Assembly (NCBI GenBank): GCA_008369845.1
Contig: MRSU01009652.1
Span: forward strand, 1-64,000
Direction of reading: 5' to 3'
Length of the DNA stretch: 64,000 nt
Source: Trichomonas gallinae
Taxonomy: Eukaryota
The notes under the pieces were generated by a model. The model did no database searches, was not told the DNA's origin, and saw only the letters and a list, made by a program, of their open reading frames with translations. The translations under genes and the position numbers were made by a program. Below are positions 43,601 to 53,529 of the stretch, one piece after another (the stretch's first letter is position 1; each line of letters opens with the position of its first letter).

Positions 43601-46600
43601 CTGCTGATTGGAGTCTCAATTAGATTTGCAAATGAAGCATATCCAAAGATGTCTCTAAAAACACTTGTATACGGCTGAAAATCGTCGCTTTTCGCAATCC
43701 ACTTGGTAATCATTGAAACTTGCTCGTCGACAGAATAAGCTGAGATTCCTGCTTTAGCTGTTTGAATATCGTTAGGAACTTGAGCGTGAAGTTTCGCCTG
43801 CAACAGCTGCAGTTGGTTTATTTTGGCTTTTAACTCATCATTGCATTTATGAACTCTGTTTTCTAAGTCATCAATTTTCGCTTGCACTTTGTCAATTCTC
43901 TCGAACAACTCTTTTTCATTTGATTCGTTGATTGAAACGCCATGATTTATGTTATTTATAACTGGCCTGAGATTTGTGTATATCTCAACGAAGTCTATAA
44001 TTGCAGAAAGTGCCCAAGCAACTTCGCTGTATTTCTCTCTGAAATAGTTGACTCTTTTGTGGACGATTTCATCGAAAAGCTCTGCCGGAATGTTAAGGTA
44101 AGGTTTGAGAATTTCTGTTTCATCGAAGAAAAATGAACGTTCAGGCATAATAGAAGAGATATCATAAGGCTCTATAACAACCATTCTCTCCAAAATATTT
44201 GGCGCAAATTTTGACAAATTCTGCTGCTTGACGATGAATATAAAATTGACAAATTTCTTCATATTTTGTAATAACAATTCCCCTGAGTTTTGTTCTATGA
44301 AGTAATGCTGGAATATTCTTATGTCCGATGGATCAAACATTGCTGATGATTCTGGGTTTTCTCCTTGAAGTAACAAAAAGTCCAATAAATCGAAAACTTC
44401 GTTGTTATCGATATAATTCATGTCAGCAATGAAAACAGTTTTTTGTTTAGTTTCTCCGACATTCACGATTTCTTTGAACAGCTGTCTTCTAAATTTCTTA
44501 TGCAATATAATAAAATTGACATTTGGAATTTTCGAGAATAAATAATTATCACTTTGATCAGCAACAACAATAGCACTCATATTCACTTCTATTATTGTGT
44601 TGATCATTCCTGAGAAGTGTTTGTAAGGTATCCAATCGAAATTTGCTCCTTTGTTAACAAAATATTCTAAAATGTTTTCTTTCGTGGTTTGATAATTTTG
44701 GCCGATTTCGTCGATGATATCTAAACCAAAGAATAACGAAGCCAAAGCCATGAAATCTATTGGCTCTTTAATATTCCTCGTGCATAATTCAAAATCATTT
44801 AATTTATATTGCAAATTGTTGTAAAAAACATAGTCTTGTAACGTTTGTGTTGTCGCTGAATTGATTTTAGCTTTAAACTCTATCCTTTCCATTTCTTGTA
44901 TATTGTTTGGCTGGCGAATGACAAAGAAGGACTTTCCAATGTTGATTAAATCAGTTGCATCGTTTGCTGTGAAGACTAAGTGAACTTTTGAAACGTTGAT
45001 GTATTTATGATAAATAATACTGTAAATGAAATCGAATGAAACCAAAGAATGAATTGTATTGAAAACATCATCGGATGCATTGTGTATATCTGATATGCAT
45101 AGAAAGATTTCGCCATCAAATGAAGGTCTGTAGACGCTTTTTGTCGATAATTCAAGTTTCGTGCAAAGCGGAACATCCAGCTTGCTATTGTATGGAGATG
45201 AATACAAAATGAAATCATTTTGTTTTGAGTTATTGTTAACTAAGTCTTTCAACTGCTTGTACTTCCATTTGTGATTGTCTCCGACAATAATGATTGGCAA
45301 GTAGTTCGCAAAAGCAGTTTGTATCTGGACTTTTTCGTCGATTTTTGGATTCGGCGTGAAAATATTTTCAGCAATTTCGAGAATTGGTTTCTTCGTTGTG
45401 TTGATTATATATCTTAAGACAGAGATCTTGAACAATACGAATGAAAGAGGATCCATTAGATTTTCAGACACATTAGTCAAGAACACTGTAATCAACGGTT
45501 CCAAGTTTTTGTATTGTTCAACAATTTCATTGTGTTGCAGTGAAATCTTTAAGACATCAATTGGTTTCAATGTCGGTGAAATCCAAGCATTCGCATGTTC
45601 TCTGAGTTTATCCATTTTATATAATCGTAGAGTTAAAGGCCTAACACCATGAATTTTGATGATTGTTTCAGAATCATCGATTTTCATCAGTTCAAGTCTT
45701 GCGACAAAAATTTTGTCTTTGAGGGCAGAAAAAATGCAAATGAAAAGTAGTTTGATATCATAGTTAATTATATCAATTGTCGTGTTGTAGTCAATCTCAG
45801 GGAAATAAGGAGCTTGTGATGAATACTCGAACGCATCATATTTATCGAATAAAGTTGTTAGTTCGTCGATTTTCTTATTGAGAGATGTTGGAATAGTATA
45901 TGAAACAGCATTTTTGAGTCTTATTAATTTGTTCGTTATAATAAACTCAGGGACGTCGAACCAGAAGAAGAACTGTATTGTTGAAGCGTCTGATGTGTCA
46001 GTGATAGTTTGGAGTATGGATACTGCGTGAGGAAGCTTAATTGCTTTTTCGACAAAATCGCAACTTAGTCCATAATCGATATTAACTTTCGGCCTGATTT
46101 TCATCAGATTAGCAATGAAATCTTTTGGCGGAGTGTTTTGGATATAGATAGGCCTCATCCTATACTTGATCCACGATGGAATTTCATTTGTTCCAACACT
46201 GATCATTGACTTCCAGCCGTCAAGATTGATTTTGGTGAAGTGATTTTCACACTTCATTATCGGAGTCCTATTTTCGAGAATTCCATAGAACCCTGGGAAT
46301 GATGAAGGAATTGATTTAAGATCAAGAATGTTAATGACACACTTTAGCTTAAAAACAGCATTTAATACATTGTTGTTAAACTCTTTGATCTGATAAAATG
46401 GAATTCCGCATAAATCGGCGAAAGCTTTCACCAAGAATCTGTGGCCGTTCATCTGCTTCATCAGACTGAATTCAGGGAGATTCATGCAGCTAGCGATGGA
46501 AAGCAAAGCATCTTCTTCTGCTGTTGTCATTGGACCAAAGTCAGGATCAGAAACCATTTCATTTTCATAAACGAAAGAGAAGTTTCCGATTTTAGTGTAA

Positions 46601-49600
46601 ATTTTTTCTGTTCCGAGTTCTACGTTGATATAATGTGAAGGAAATCTTTGCCATACGAAAGATTCTTGAGTGAAATCTTGGTCATCTTTAATTTGTTTGA
46701 GAATCTCAAGATGCCGAATCTTCATTCCAGCTAAAACAGCCAATGATTGACATTTAGATGGAGAGTTTTCTATTGCTTGAATTGTGTCTTCCAAAAGTTT
46801 TTGGCTTTGAGTGTAAATATCATTCCAATTTCTTTTTTCTTTTGGTTTCGCGAACATTTGATTTATTGCGTTTGCGAAATAGATTGATTCGGCAATCAAT
46901 AAAGCCTGACTGTTGTATCTAACGAGCCAGATTGCTGGTGTCGTGAAATCATGAGCTGAAACTGCTTCTAAAATTGAAGCGTTAACAGAGTTTTTGATTT
47001 CAGTTTCTGTTCGTTGAAGTAATGATACTGGCGTCAATCCATCGTAAACGAAGTCATTCCTGAACTGAAGCATCTCTCCCTGCGTTGAAACGCATCCCAT
47101 AATTGAGTTTCCATTGCACTGAAATCTAGATAAAGATGGGAAAACAGGCAACAAATCGTCAACAATGCAGTTAACATTTCCGCTTGCTAAAATTATTCTT
47201 ACAATCGATTGATCATCGCATAGGAACAGTCTTGGATACTGTATCCTGATCTGGTCGATCATGAAGTTCATGTGCGACAAAATATGGCTGCTTCTCTTTT
47301 CAGCTTCCTTTAGGCATTTTATTAAATATTCTCCGAACAAATTGTTGTTAACTTTGACAATCGGTTCATCTAATTTTGACGAAATCTGTTTCATTATGTT
47401 GTTCTGCTTCAGGTTTTGTTGAACGATGTCTTTTACTGTAAGTATTTTTGACTTCTTTGGGCGACTTGATAATGTTGGATTCTCTGGATCAATTCTCGAT
47501 GTGAAAGTGAGAATGCTTGAATCATATTCGATTTGTGAAATGAAATTTTTGAACCAGTTGTCGACATGTTTTTTGAGCCTGAACATCTCATAGTAATGTA
47601 TGGATCCAAAGCATGATGTTGTTACTGCAGATAATGAAATGTACTGAGTCTGAAAGTCAATAATTGCGTCCAGTATTTTCATGATTTCGCATATTTTCAA
47701 ATCCCAATAAATCACTTGTTTCTCGATTGTCGCGAAGAATGTTGAGCTTTTAAGTGAGTCTAGATAAATTAGAAAGTCTTCGCATTTGTTTTGAGCATCG
47801 TAGATTTCTGGGAAAGAAATAATTTTCGCATTGATGTGTTTCGAAAAGAAAATTATGAATTTTAGGTTCTTCATGTTGAAAATGTATCTGTCGAATGTCT
47901 GCGATAGATCAGCCTTTTCTAGTTGATTCATGATGAAGATGTTCAAGTCATCGACATAGTTTAATATGCTTGGAGTCAAAAACTTCCTTAACGTTGTTGT
48001 TTTTTCAGACTCAGCCACTTTTAAGATTTCAAAAGCTCCTTCCCATTGTTGTTCGTTAAAATTGAGTTTGCAGATGCATTTGAACAAAGGCAAGTACTGG
48101 AACATCTGACTGAAAGCGTTGGCCATTTTGTCATACAATGGATGCTTCCTTGCTCTTAGCTCTCTCTCATTGTGAGAGTTCAAATATTGTATCAAGCCTC
48201 TGTAATTCACTTCTTTAACTGGAGCGTCATAGTAAACTGATAGAGAATGCATGAAATCAGAGTATTCCATCCATTGTGCCAAGTCCGCTTGCAGTTTAAC
48301 TTTCATATCAGCAACACCAGAGAAGTCGAATTCCGTGTAAACCATTTTTGCGGCCAAAGCTTTAAACTCATCGATGTCAACTTGCAATAAATCGATTTTT
48401 TCGATGGCTTTGTTCAAATCGTTTATAGCTGTATCTGCTGAAATATTTGATTCGAATGCTCCAAATTGTGTTTTCATCTGTCTGTCGAGTGTTTCGATTC
48501 TCTCTTCAAGCAATTTTTGCTTTTGAAGGAGCAGCTCTTTTGTTTTTTGGTAATTTTCTCTCATGACTTGTTCACTGCTATCAATCAGTCTGTAAAACCT
48601 TTCATTTGCTGTTTTAACGTTCTTTAGTTGTATGATGATGACAGGGATGAGCATTGGAGCATGTGTTAATGCGCGATTATAGATAGAATTGACGATCTCG
48701 AAATCTTTTTGGAATTTTGGAATTTTCGCTTTTGTTTCTTTCAAGTTTTGAGCGAAAGCAGCAACACTTTCAAGGGAATCATTAGTTAACATCAAGTTCT
48801 CCATGATTGTGTAAACGCCGTGAGTGAAATTCGTGCAGATGTTTTCGAATTCAGTGAATAAAATTTTGTTGTTTTCTTCAACAGTTTTTTCGATGAAATC
48901 GAGAATAAAAGTTCTCAGATTTCTGCAATCTATCCTTAACAAGTCGTATTCGTAGATGTTCTTGAATCCTTCAACGTGTGATTGAATTTCATTGAGTTCT
49001 GAGAGGTTTGTGATGAAAATCGTTGGATCATTTGTGTTTTCTTTCATTTCTGGCCACTTTGAGATGAAATTCGATATCGCAACAGCTGATAGTTGGTAAG
49101 CCTTGAATGTTTCTTCTGCATTTTTGAATGATTTCTCTAAAGTTTTCATAATTTTTTGCAAATCACTCGAAAAAACTTGATCTTTTTGGATAAAATCTGG
49201 GATTGTGAATGAGCCTGCAGGGAATTCTAGTGGTTTAATACTTCCTTGTGGATCAATTGTGCAAGGACGAACGAATTTTGAAAGTTCATCGAAAACTCCA
49301 TTGATATGGTTATTTATCAAGTCTTTGGCTTCATCTAATGATGGCTTAAACGCGATATTATTCTCAACATAATCTAAAATCACATTAATTTTCATTTGAT
49401 GAGAAGCTTCAACGAAAACATTCGAAAACGCATGAAACTGGTTTCGAATAAGTGATAAAAAGAACGTTGATATTGCTTTATCGAGGCAAGTGTAATATTT
49501 TGGAATTTGAGAAATTTCAAGTTGATAAAATTGCAGTTTTTTCTTGTATTCGACTTTCATTGCCTTTTCTTCGACCATACCTAAGCTCTTTTTGTTTGGA

Positions 49601-50850
49601 TTTTTGTGAGTAAAGTAAAGATCCGAAGGAATTTTATCATCTGATAGAAAACTTGCAGTTTCAAGTGTTCTTAAGTCATGGTACTCTTTATTGATCTTTA
49701 AAGTGAAATTTATCAATGATTCGTGAATCTGTTTCGATATTTGCGCTGAATTATTTGCGAAATTTTTTAAAGCTTCCTGTAATGCGTTTAATTCTTCTGC
49801 ATAACTGACATTTCCATCATCCCGCACTGGAAATATTTGGCAACTTCCCAAAGAAAACAAATTTTTGCGGCAAATTAAAAAATTCTCGGGAAAAACTTGT
49901 TTTGAAAAGCAGCAAATTTCTTTGAAATTATCGAGTTTCCTTGTAAAACTACGCCTGCAATACATATTTTTCCATTTTCGAAATAATTTATTAATTCTAA
50001 AAGTTATGAAGAATTGCAGCTGATGAACCATTTCGTAGTCCGTCTTGCTCTCTATAAACACGTCAATAGGCTGAAATTCCGATTCTCCATCAGGACGCGC
50101 AGAAAAAATTCCTCTTTTCGTGATGGTCTCGAAATCTTTCTCATCTGGTATAACAGGGTGGATTGTCATTGAGTACCTGTTCACATTGTCAGTTGCTTTG
50201 CCGAAATGGAACTGTATATCGTCCTGCATCGGATCAGTTGACGCAACATAAGCCAAAGCGTCTGTTTCGTTCTGTATGTGTGACCCTAGGTTCCACTTCA
50301 TCCGTTTCTTCTTTAGCGCTTCCATTTGCTCAGGAGTTAATTTAGTTCTTTCTCGATGATTAAATCTGTCGATATCTGGCGCAGATCTTCTAGCAGTGTC
50401 TTCATTGTAGTTAGATGTTGCCTTTGATCTACGAGAAAATCGCTCAGGTATCTTGCAATTCCTTGGTTGTAAATTTTGCGAAATTTCAATTGATTTTCGG
50501 ATTGTTTTTCGTACAGAATCGTGTGATGGCATCGATGGTGCTTGTATTTTTAGTATTTTTACTGGCTCATCACGTAAATTTAGCAATTGAATTTTATGTT
50601 CTAAGGCAGGAAAAAGAGATATTAACATATTTTTACCGATATGCTTCTCAAAATCCTCCTTAGACATGATTTTCTGTAATAAATCGTAAGATTTCGGCGT
50701 TAAATCATATACTGCTCGTTTATTAATAAGATCTATGAAAACAAAGCGCAATTTCGTCCATTGCGTGTTGGTGTAAGCATGTTCCCTCTCCATTCCAGCA
50801 AGAAACTCGTTCATCGCATCGACAGCTCGTTGAAGGGGAGGGAACGACAT
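40639..50850 (-). CDS. Highly divergent dynein-heavy-chain-like protein (probable pseudo-ATPase)
   Basis: Linker motif RIQYPRLFLCDDQSIVRII, YNSQALLIAESIYF, FVYENEM, WIKYRMRPI, YRPSFDGEIFLCISDIH, paired stalk coiled coils and RQIFYDP occur in dynein order. No GxxxxGKT was found. Confidence 0.75.
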   Translation of the reverse strand: MSFPPLQRAVDAMNEFLAGMEREHAYTNTQWTKLRFVFIDLINKRAVYDLTPKSYDLLQKIMSKEDFEKHIGKNMLISLFPALEHKIQLLNLRDEPVKILKIQAPSMPSHDSVRKTIRKSIEISQNLQPRNCKIPERFSRRSKATSNYNEDTARRSAPDIDRFNHRERTKLTPEQMEALKKKRMKWNLGSHIQNETDALAYVASTDPMQDDIQFHFGKATDNVNRYSMTIHPVIPDEKDFETITKRGIFSARPDGESEFQPIDVFIESKTDYEMVHQLQFFITFRINKLFRKWKNMYCRRSFTRKLDNFKEICCFSKQVFPENFLICRKNLFSLGSCQIFPVRDDGNVSYAEELNALQEALKNFANNSAQISKQIHESLINFTLKINKEYHDLRTLETASFLSDDKIPSDLYFTHKNPNKKSLGMVEEKAMKVEYKKKLQFYQLEISQIPKYYTCLDKAISTFFLSLIRNQFHAFSNVFVEASHQMKINVILDYVENNIAFKPSLDEAKDLINNHINGVFDELSKFVRPCTIDPQGSIKPLEFPAGSFTIPDFIQKDQVFSSDLQKIMKTLEKSFKNAEETFKAYQLSAVAISNFISKWPEMKENTNDPTIFITNLSELNEIQSHVEGFKNIYEYDLLRIDCRNLRTFILDFIEKTVEENNKILFTEFENICTNFTHGVYTIMENLMLTNDSLESVAAFAQNLKETKAKIPKFQKDFEIVNSIYNRALTHAPMLIPVIIIQLKNVKTANERFYRLIDSSEQVMRENYQKTKELLLQKQKLLEERIETLDRQMKTQFGAFESNISADTAINDLNKAIEKIDLLQVDIDEFKALAAKMVYTEFDFSGVADMKVKLQADLAQWMEYSDFMHSLSVYYDAPVKEVNYRGLIQYLNSHNERELRARKHPLYDKMANAFSQMFQYLPLFKCICKLNFNEQQWEGAFEILKVAESEKTTTLRKFLTPSILNYVDDLNIFIMNQLEKADLSQTFDRYIFNMKNLKFIIFFSKHINAKIISFPEIYDAQNKCEDFLIYLDSLKSSTFFATIEKQVIYWDLKICEIMKILDAIIDFQTQYISLSAVTTSCFGSIHYYEMFRLKKHVDNWFKNFISQIEYDSSILTFTSRIDPENPTLSSRPKKSKILTVKDIVQQNLKQNNIMKQISSKLDEPIVKVNNNLFGEYLIKCLKEAEKRSSHILSHMNFMIDQIRIQYPRLFLCDDQSIVRIILASGNVNCIVDDLLPVFPSLSRFQCNGNSIMGCVSTQGEMLQFRNDFVYDGLTPVSLLQRTETEIKNSVNASILEAVSAHDFTTPAIWLVRYNSQALLIAESIYFANAINQMFAKPKEKRNWNDIYTQSQKLLEDTIQAIENSPSKCQSLAVLAGMKIRHLEILKQIKDDQDFTQESFVWQRFPSHYINVELGTEKIYTKIGNFSFVYENEMVSDPDFGPMTTAEEDALLSIASCMNLPEFSLMKQMNGHRFLVKAFADLCGIPFYQIKEFNNNVLNAVFKLKCVINILDLKSIPSSFPGFYGILENRTPIMKCENHFTKINLDGWKSMISVGTNEIPSWIKYRMRPIYIQNTPPKDFIANLMKIRPKVNIDYGLSCDFVEKAIKLPHAVSILQTITDTSDASTIQFFFWFDVPEFIITNKLIRLKNAVSYTIPTSLNKKIDELTTLFDKYDAFEYSSQAPYFPEIDYNTTIDIINYDIKLLFICIFSALKDKIFVARLELMKIDDSETIIKIHGVRPLTLRLYKMDKLREHANAWISPTLKPIDVLKISLQHNEIVEQYKNLEPLITVFLTNVSENLMDPLSFVLFKISVLRYIINTTKKPILEIAENIFTPNPKIDEKVQIQTAFANYLPIIIVGDNHKWKYKQLKDLVNNNSKQNDFILYSSPYNSKLDVPLCTKLELSTKSVYRPSFDGEIFLCISDIHNASDDVFNTIHSLVSFDFIYSIIYHKYINVSKVHLVFTANDATDLINIGKSFFVIRQPNNIQEMERIEFKAKINSATTQTLQDYVFYNNLQYKLNDFELCTRNIKEPIDFMALASLFFGLDIIDEIGQNYQTTKENILEYFVNKGANFDWIPYKHFSGMINTIIEVNMSAIVVADQSDNYLFSKIPNVNFIILHKKFRRQLFKEIVNVGETKQKTVFIADMNYIDNNEVFDLLDFLLLQGENPESSAMFDPSDIRIFQHYFIEQNSGELLLQNMKKFVNFIFIVKQQNLSKFAPNILERMVVIEPYDISSIMPERSFFFDETEILKPYLNIPAELFDEIVHKRVNYFREKYSEVAWALSAIIDFVEIYTNLRPVINNINHGVSINESNEKELFERIDKVQAKIDDLENRVHKCNDELKAKINQLQLLQAKLHAQVPNDIQTAKAGISAYSVDEQVSMITKWIAKSDDFQPYTSVFRDIFGYASFANLIETPISSKHCNLALSVMNFQLEDSESLIYSKLEKYGLDEDSQPDSPIRKLMNTTNELMVSPIPIVNVFLSWLKIIVNYHKWSREMGDISLEIGELQAKRTSTLQQIDELKKEAEDLNERIKMRENKDACPTWLLAAYNQDPSDVFKMLEITEQLMKDISNFGEFLNDSERALRMFPLIMTAFEYGFGSISREERSKVYGQLGFQYVQNPFEMVKRPFDFEIFNPVINYLYLFTSSACGTVEDSLSDKTSVQFSTSSICDILYCMRIFPRKANLQTETPLPKSSFPAPRQIFYDPLDVASQSLIFTHPKIDAAYTDSFNDCCAKYTKSLSDGSPLIIYLVDRKSCSNFFLFMNYIQLQIDCNSRFEYDGKIMSVRDETQIYLITKTLDIDLSFVSVINCNVERMQHTIWFDLVSVFSVNQQLQKAFEQLIGTCSAKIREGIGSLKRIVDLIKDSRWNEFFENSQKNLSFKNFADNVATNLKTYNSNLENLFSILGTVGDHPTSLTKYKTFTNLLRALADSSNDLHSPFEAILSPKHLHPDSLNSPISPIFAINKIPEISLTFANLLPCDERIKFLVNYESSKLRSIIDSKNLLFDYNFPKLAEKPAGPMMPQLVQHLSQHYLSMPDGFFSFVSPENIIQPQHFFTKIILDDSIPTDLYARCMSSMMQAHGTSLLTIGSFTDIKSPEELKPIFKLCNDNNATLMVIFDSKVPLFVVHSMIFYAHITKNCNYFIMTAESDMNLLPEIPAAFVIRVSKFNSLSGATRFMKLTPYSLRVSSGSSRSLMYLMLLLAHRKDFPLSIQHIHPLMVSVSDYFTPPFGRNPERRKLWASIASSLIASFCDSSVIVESFDKIIKHYFEDEKPKLPVSRGTAFDTDAVFQSEIPPTPLETGMVMPYGDKMNKACAVRTVKSMKTYGFSEDGTGMKGVLYNARFNNGRISTTGDREVFVKEEKFSAIGELVRIPMIKDNCIIGIAYGKTTMSSDPYYYCPTFIVLS

Positions 50851-51170
50851 CAATGCAAATGATTCCTTTAGTCATGCATCAGTCATTAATAGCACAATTC
50901 TGCAGTAAATGGTTTTTAAACTAATAAAATAATAACGAATTTTATTAACAAATCTTATATCATATAATCTACAATCAATTCATAATGCATCTGTCTAAAA
51001 GATTCAATTTTTATGATATCAATGCTTTAATTTATAATTTTTTATTTTTGAGGAAAAATATTTTGGAGATGATGTTAACTGGATCAATTATGAATACATT
51101 GATCATATTGAATTAAAGTTTTATGACAAAGATGTATGAATTGCAACAATATTAACGATTCTTAAATAAA

Positions 51171-51749
51171 TTACTTCAATAAGCGATCGATATCAATTGT
51201 GATGCAATTAAGAATAGCTGGGTTCTTCCTTGCAGCCTCTTGGAACTCAGGCAACTGGATTTGTCCATCGTTATTTTGATCCATGCTAGTAATTGTAGCT
51301 GTAATGATGCGGTTAAGTGTTGTTTCTGGGAGTTTGACACCGTTATTTTCGGCGAGAGACAACGTCATAACCTCAGTTAATTCTTCGCGAGTAATTCCGC
51401 CGCTGCGATCAGAATCGTATACATTAAAGACGAAAGCAGCCTTCTCTTCGATGGATGCTCTGTTGGAAGCCATAGACAAACCGCGAACGTACTCATGGAA
51501 ATCTAATTTTGAATCTGGATTCTCATCGAAAGCGCTGAAAATCTTGCCTGCGAACTGTATGTTGTTAATGCCAAGCATAACTGCGAATTCGTTAACATCA
51601 ATGTTGCCATCATCTGTTGTTGTCTTCGAAACTTCAGCAAAGCTCGAATAAAGCTTGTGGATTTCTTCAACAGAAAAATGGCTGGTCTTAGAGAGATTTA
51701 ATATTTCTTCTTTGCTCGGCGGCTTGTTAGCAGAGTGGGCGTTTCCCAT
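51171..51749 (-). CDS. Calcineurin B-like (CBL) myristoylated EF-hand calcium sensor
   Basis: MGNAHS myristoylation motif, EF loops DENPDSKLDFHE, DSDRSGGITREE and DQNNDGQIQLPE, and a 14-residue first loop SKTTTDDGNIDVNE. Confidence 0.85.
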   Translation of the reverse strand: MGNAHSANKPPSKEEILNLSKTSHFSVEEIHKLYSSFAEVSKTTTDDGNIDVNEFAVMLGINNIQFAGKIFSAFDENPDSKLDFHEYVRGLSMASNRASIEEKAAFVFNVYDSDRSGGITREELTEVMTLSLAENNGVKLPETTLNRIITATITSMDQNNDGQIQLPEFQEAARKNPAILNCITIDIDRLLK

Positions 51750-52055
51750 TTATTTTTATTTGTCAAATTTGAGCCTAAAGAAATATCTGCTCATTATTCA
51801 CATCGCAGAAATCGTTTGCAGCGATGATTATAAATACCCTGAAATTTTATTCGAACCCGGTGAATTTTTGAACGCTGTAACGGCGCAAAGAAAAAACATC
51901 ATCAAATGCAACTTTTTCCCTTCAAATCATAAACCATTGATATCTAAAATATCTGGCTCCTCTATATGTATTTAAATGCCTAGTTATGATCCAAAATACA
52001 ATGATTCATTCTTGAATAAATTGATAAAAACCGAGCCTTGATAATAGATTTAATC

Positions 52056-52429
52056 TTACATGTCAAAATTTATATTTACGTGATAAAATTCAAACCAAAA
52101 TTTTATATTTACGTGTCAAAATTCCATATTTTAAGACAAGAGTGTCAGAAAATTTTTGTAAATTGTTAAATGTCGGTATCTGACATGTAATAATTGTCAC
52201 TTTTTCAAATGATGCATCTCTTGTTCCCCACTTGTTGATACCCATCAAATACCATACTGCCATCCAGTCGCTGGCTTGGTAAAATGAAGATTATATAATC
52301 TTATCTTTTTTGCATCAATATGAATCTGTGTACAAATTATTTAACAATGTTGTAATAACATAGTTTACGGTGCTTTGACATGTAAATAATATATTTGTCA
52401 GAAACCTTAATTGATGAATTTACGCGACA
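52056..52429. promoter_or_regulatory. Cluster of TTACRYGNCA motifs in the divergent CBL/BspA intergenic region
   Basis: Copies at 52056, 52076 (variant), 52109, 52181 (reverse), 52376 (reverse) and 52420. Confidence 0.6.
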
Positions 52430-52472
52430 AAAATATCATTTTTGAAAAAGATTTGAAATTAGCAGAAACTAA

Positions 52473-53405
52473 AGCGATATAACAAGTTATACTGATGATG
52501 TCTTCAATTATTTAATAGACACTGATGCAGGAAAAGCAGGTGTCCAGTCATGTAATTCACCCTGTCCTGAAAATCTTAATATTCCATCTGAAGTTATATA
52601 TAAAACAATCACATATCCAGTCACAGAAATACTTAATAAAGCATTTTATCAGGTGAAATTAATATCTGTGACTTTCCCTGATTCTTTAGTTAATATCTCA
52701 AACCAGGCATTTGATTTAACTTATTTACAAACAAATCCAGTATTTCCAAATGGTCTGCAGTATATTGGAGAACTCGGCTTTGCTACATGTCGATTTACAT
52801 CAGTAACAATTCCAGATTCTGTAATATATATGGGTGACTGTCCGTTTGGATATAACGAAAATCTAATGTCTATATATATTTCCTCAAATAATAAAAATTA
52901 TCTAGCAATAAACAACACAATTGTATATACAATCGATCGAACTTATTTACTGCAAGTTTTGCCACATATTTATCATATTAATATTGATTATCGATGCAGA
53001 AATATTGCTCCAGGATGCTTCAGTTGCTCGCATTGTGAAAATATTATAATTCCTCCAAATGTTGAATCTATCCCTGTGAGAATATTTTCATACTCTTATG
53101 TCAAGACTATAGAAATAACTGGAAATACAAAAATCGACAAAAGATCATTTTATCTTGCAAAAAATCTATCAAAATTGTATTATGGAGGAATCAAGATACA
53201 AAATCAGTACAATTTAGTTCATGAGCTTTCTTGTCAATATTATGTTTGTCCAAATTATAATTCAGCCAATTTTTTCCAACAATCAGTAGAAATTGATCCA
53301 AAATTTCCTTGCTTTTATCCAAAATGCGAAACTATCCGAGAAAACTGTATTCTTAGACTCCATTTATCATCTTGTGTTATTCCATTTTGTTTTATCTTAA
53401 ATTGA
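52473..53405 (+). pseudogene. BspA-like (TpLRR) leucine-rich repeat protein lacking an initiator ATG
   Basis: Repeats SVTFPDSLVNISNQAF, FPNGLQYIGELGF and SVTIPDSVIYMGDCPF. The frame is open from 52473 (SDITSYTDDVFNY...LNIPSEV...YPVTEILNKAF), directly after a TAA. Confidence 0.7.
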
Positions 53406-53529
53406 CCAAAAATTCGATAATTCCATGGCTATGATGATGAATATTTGATTCTGAAATGATCTGTGTTGAGTAGAAATTAGTTTTGTATTAATTTGATTAT
53501 TTATAAAAAAAACAAACAATATTATAATG

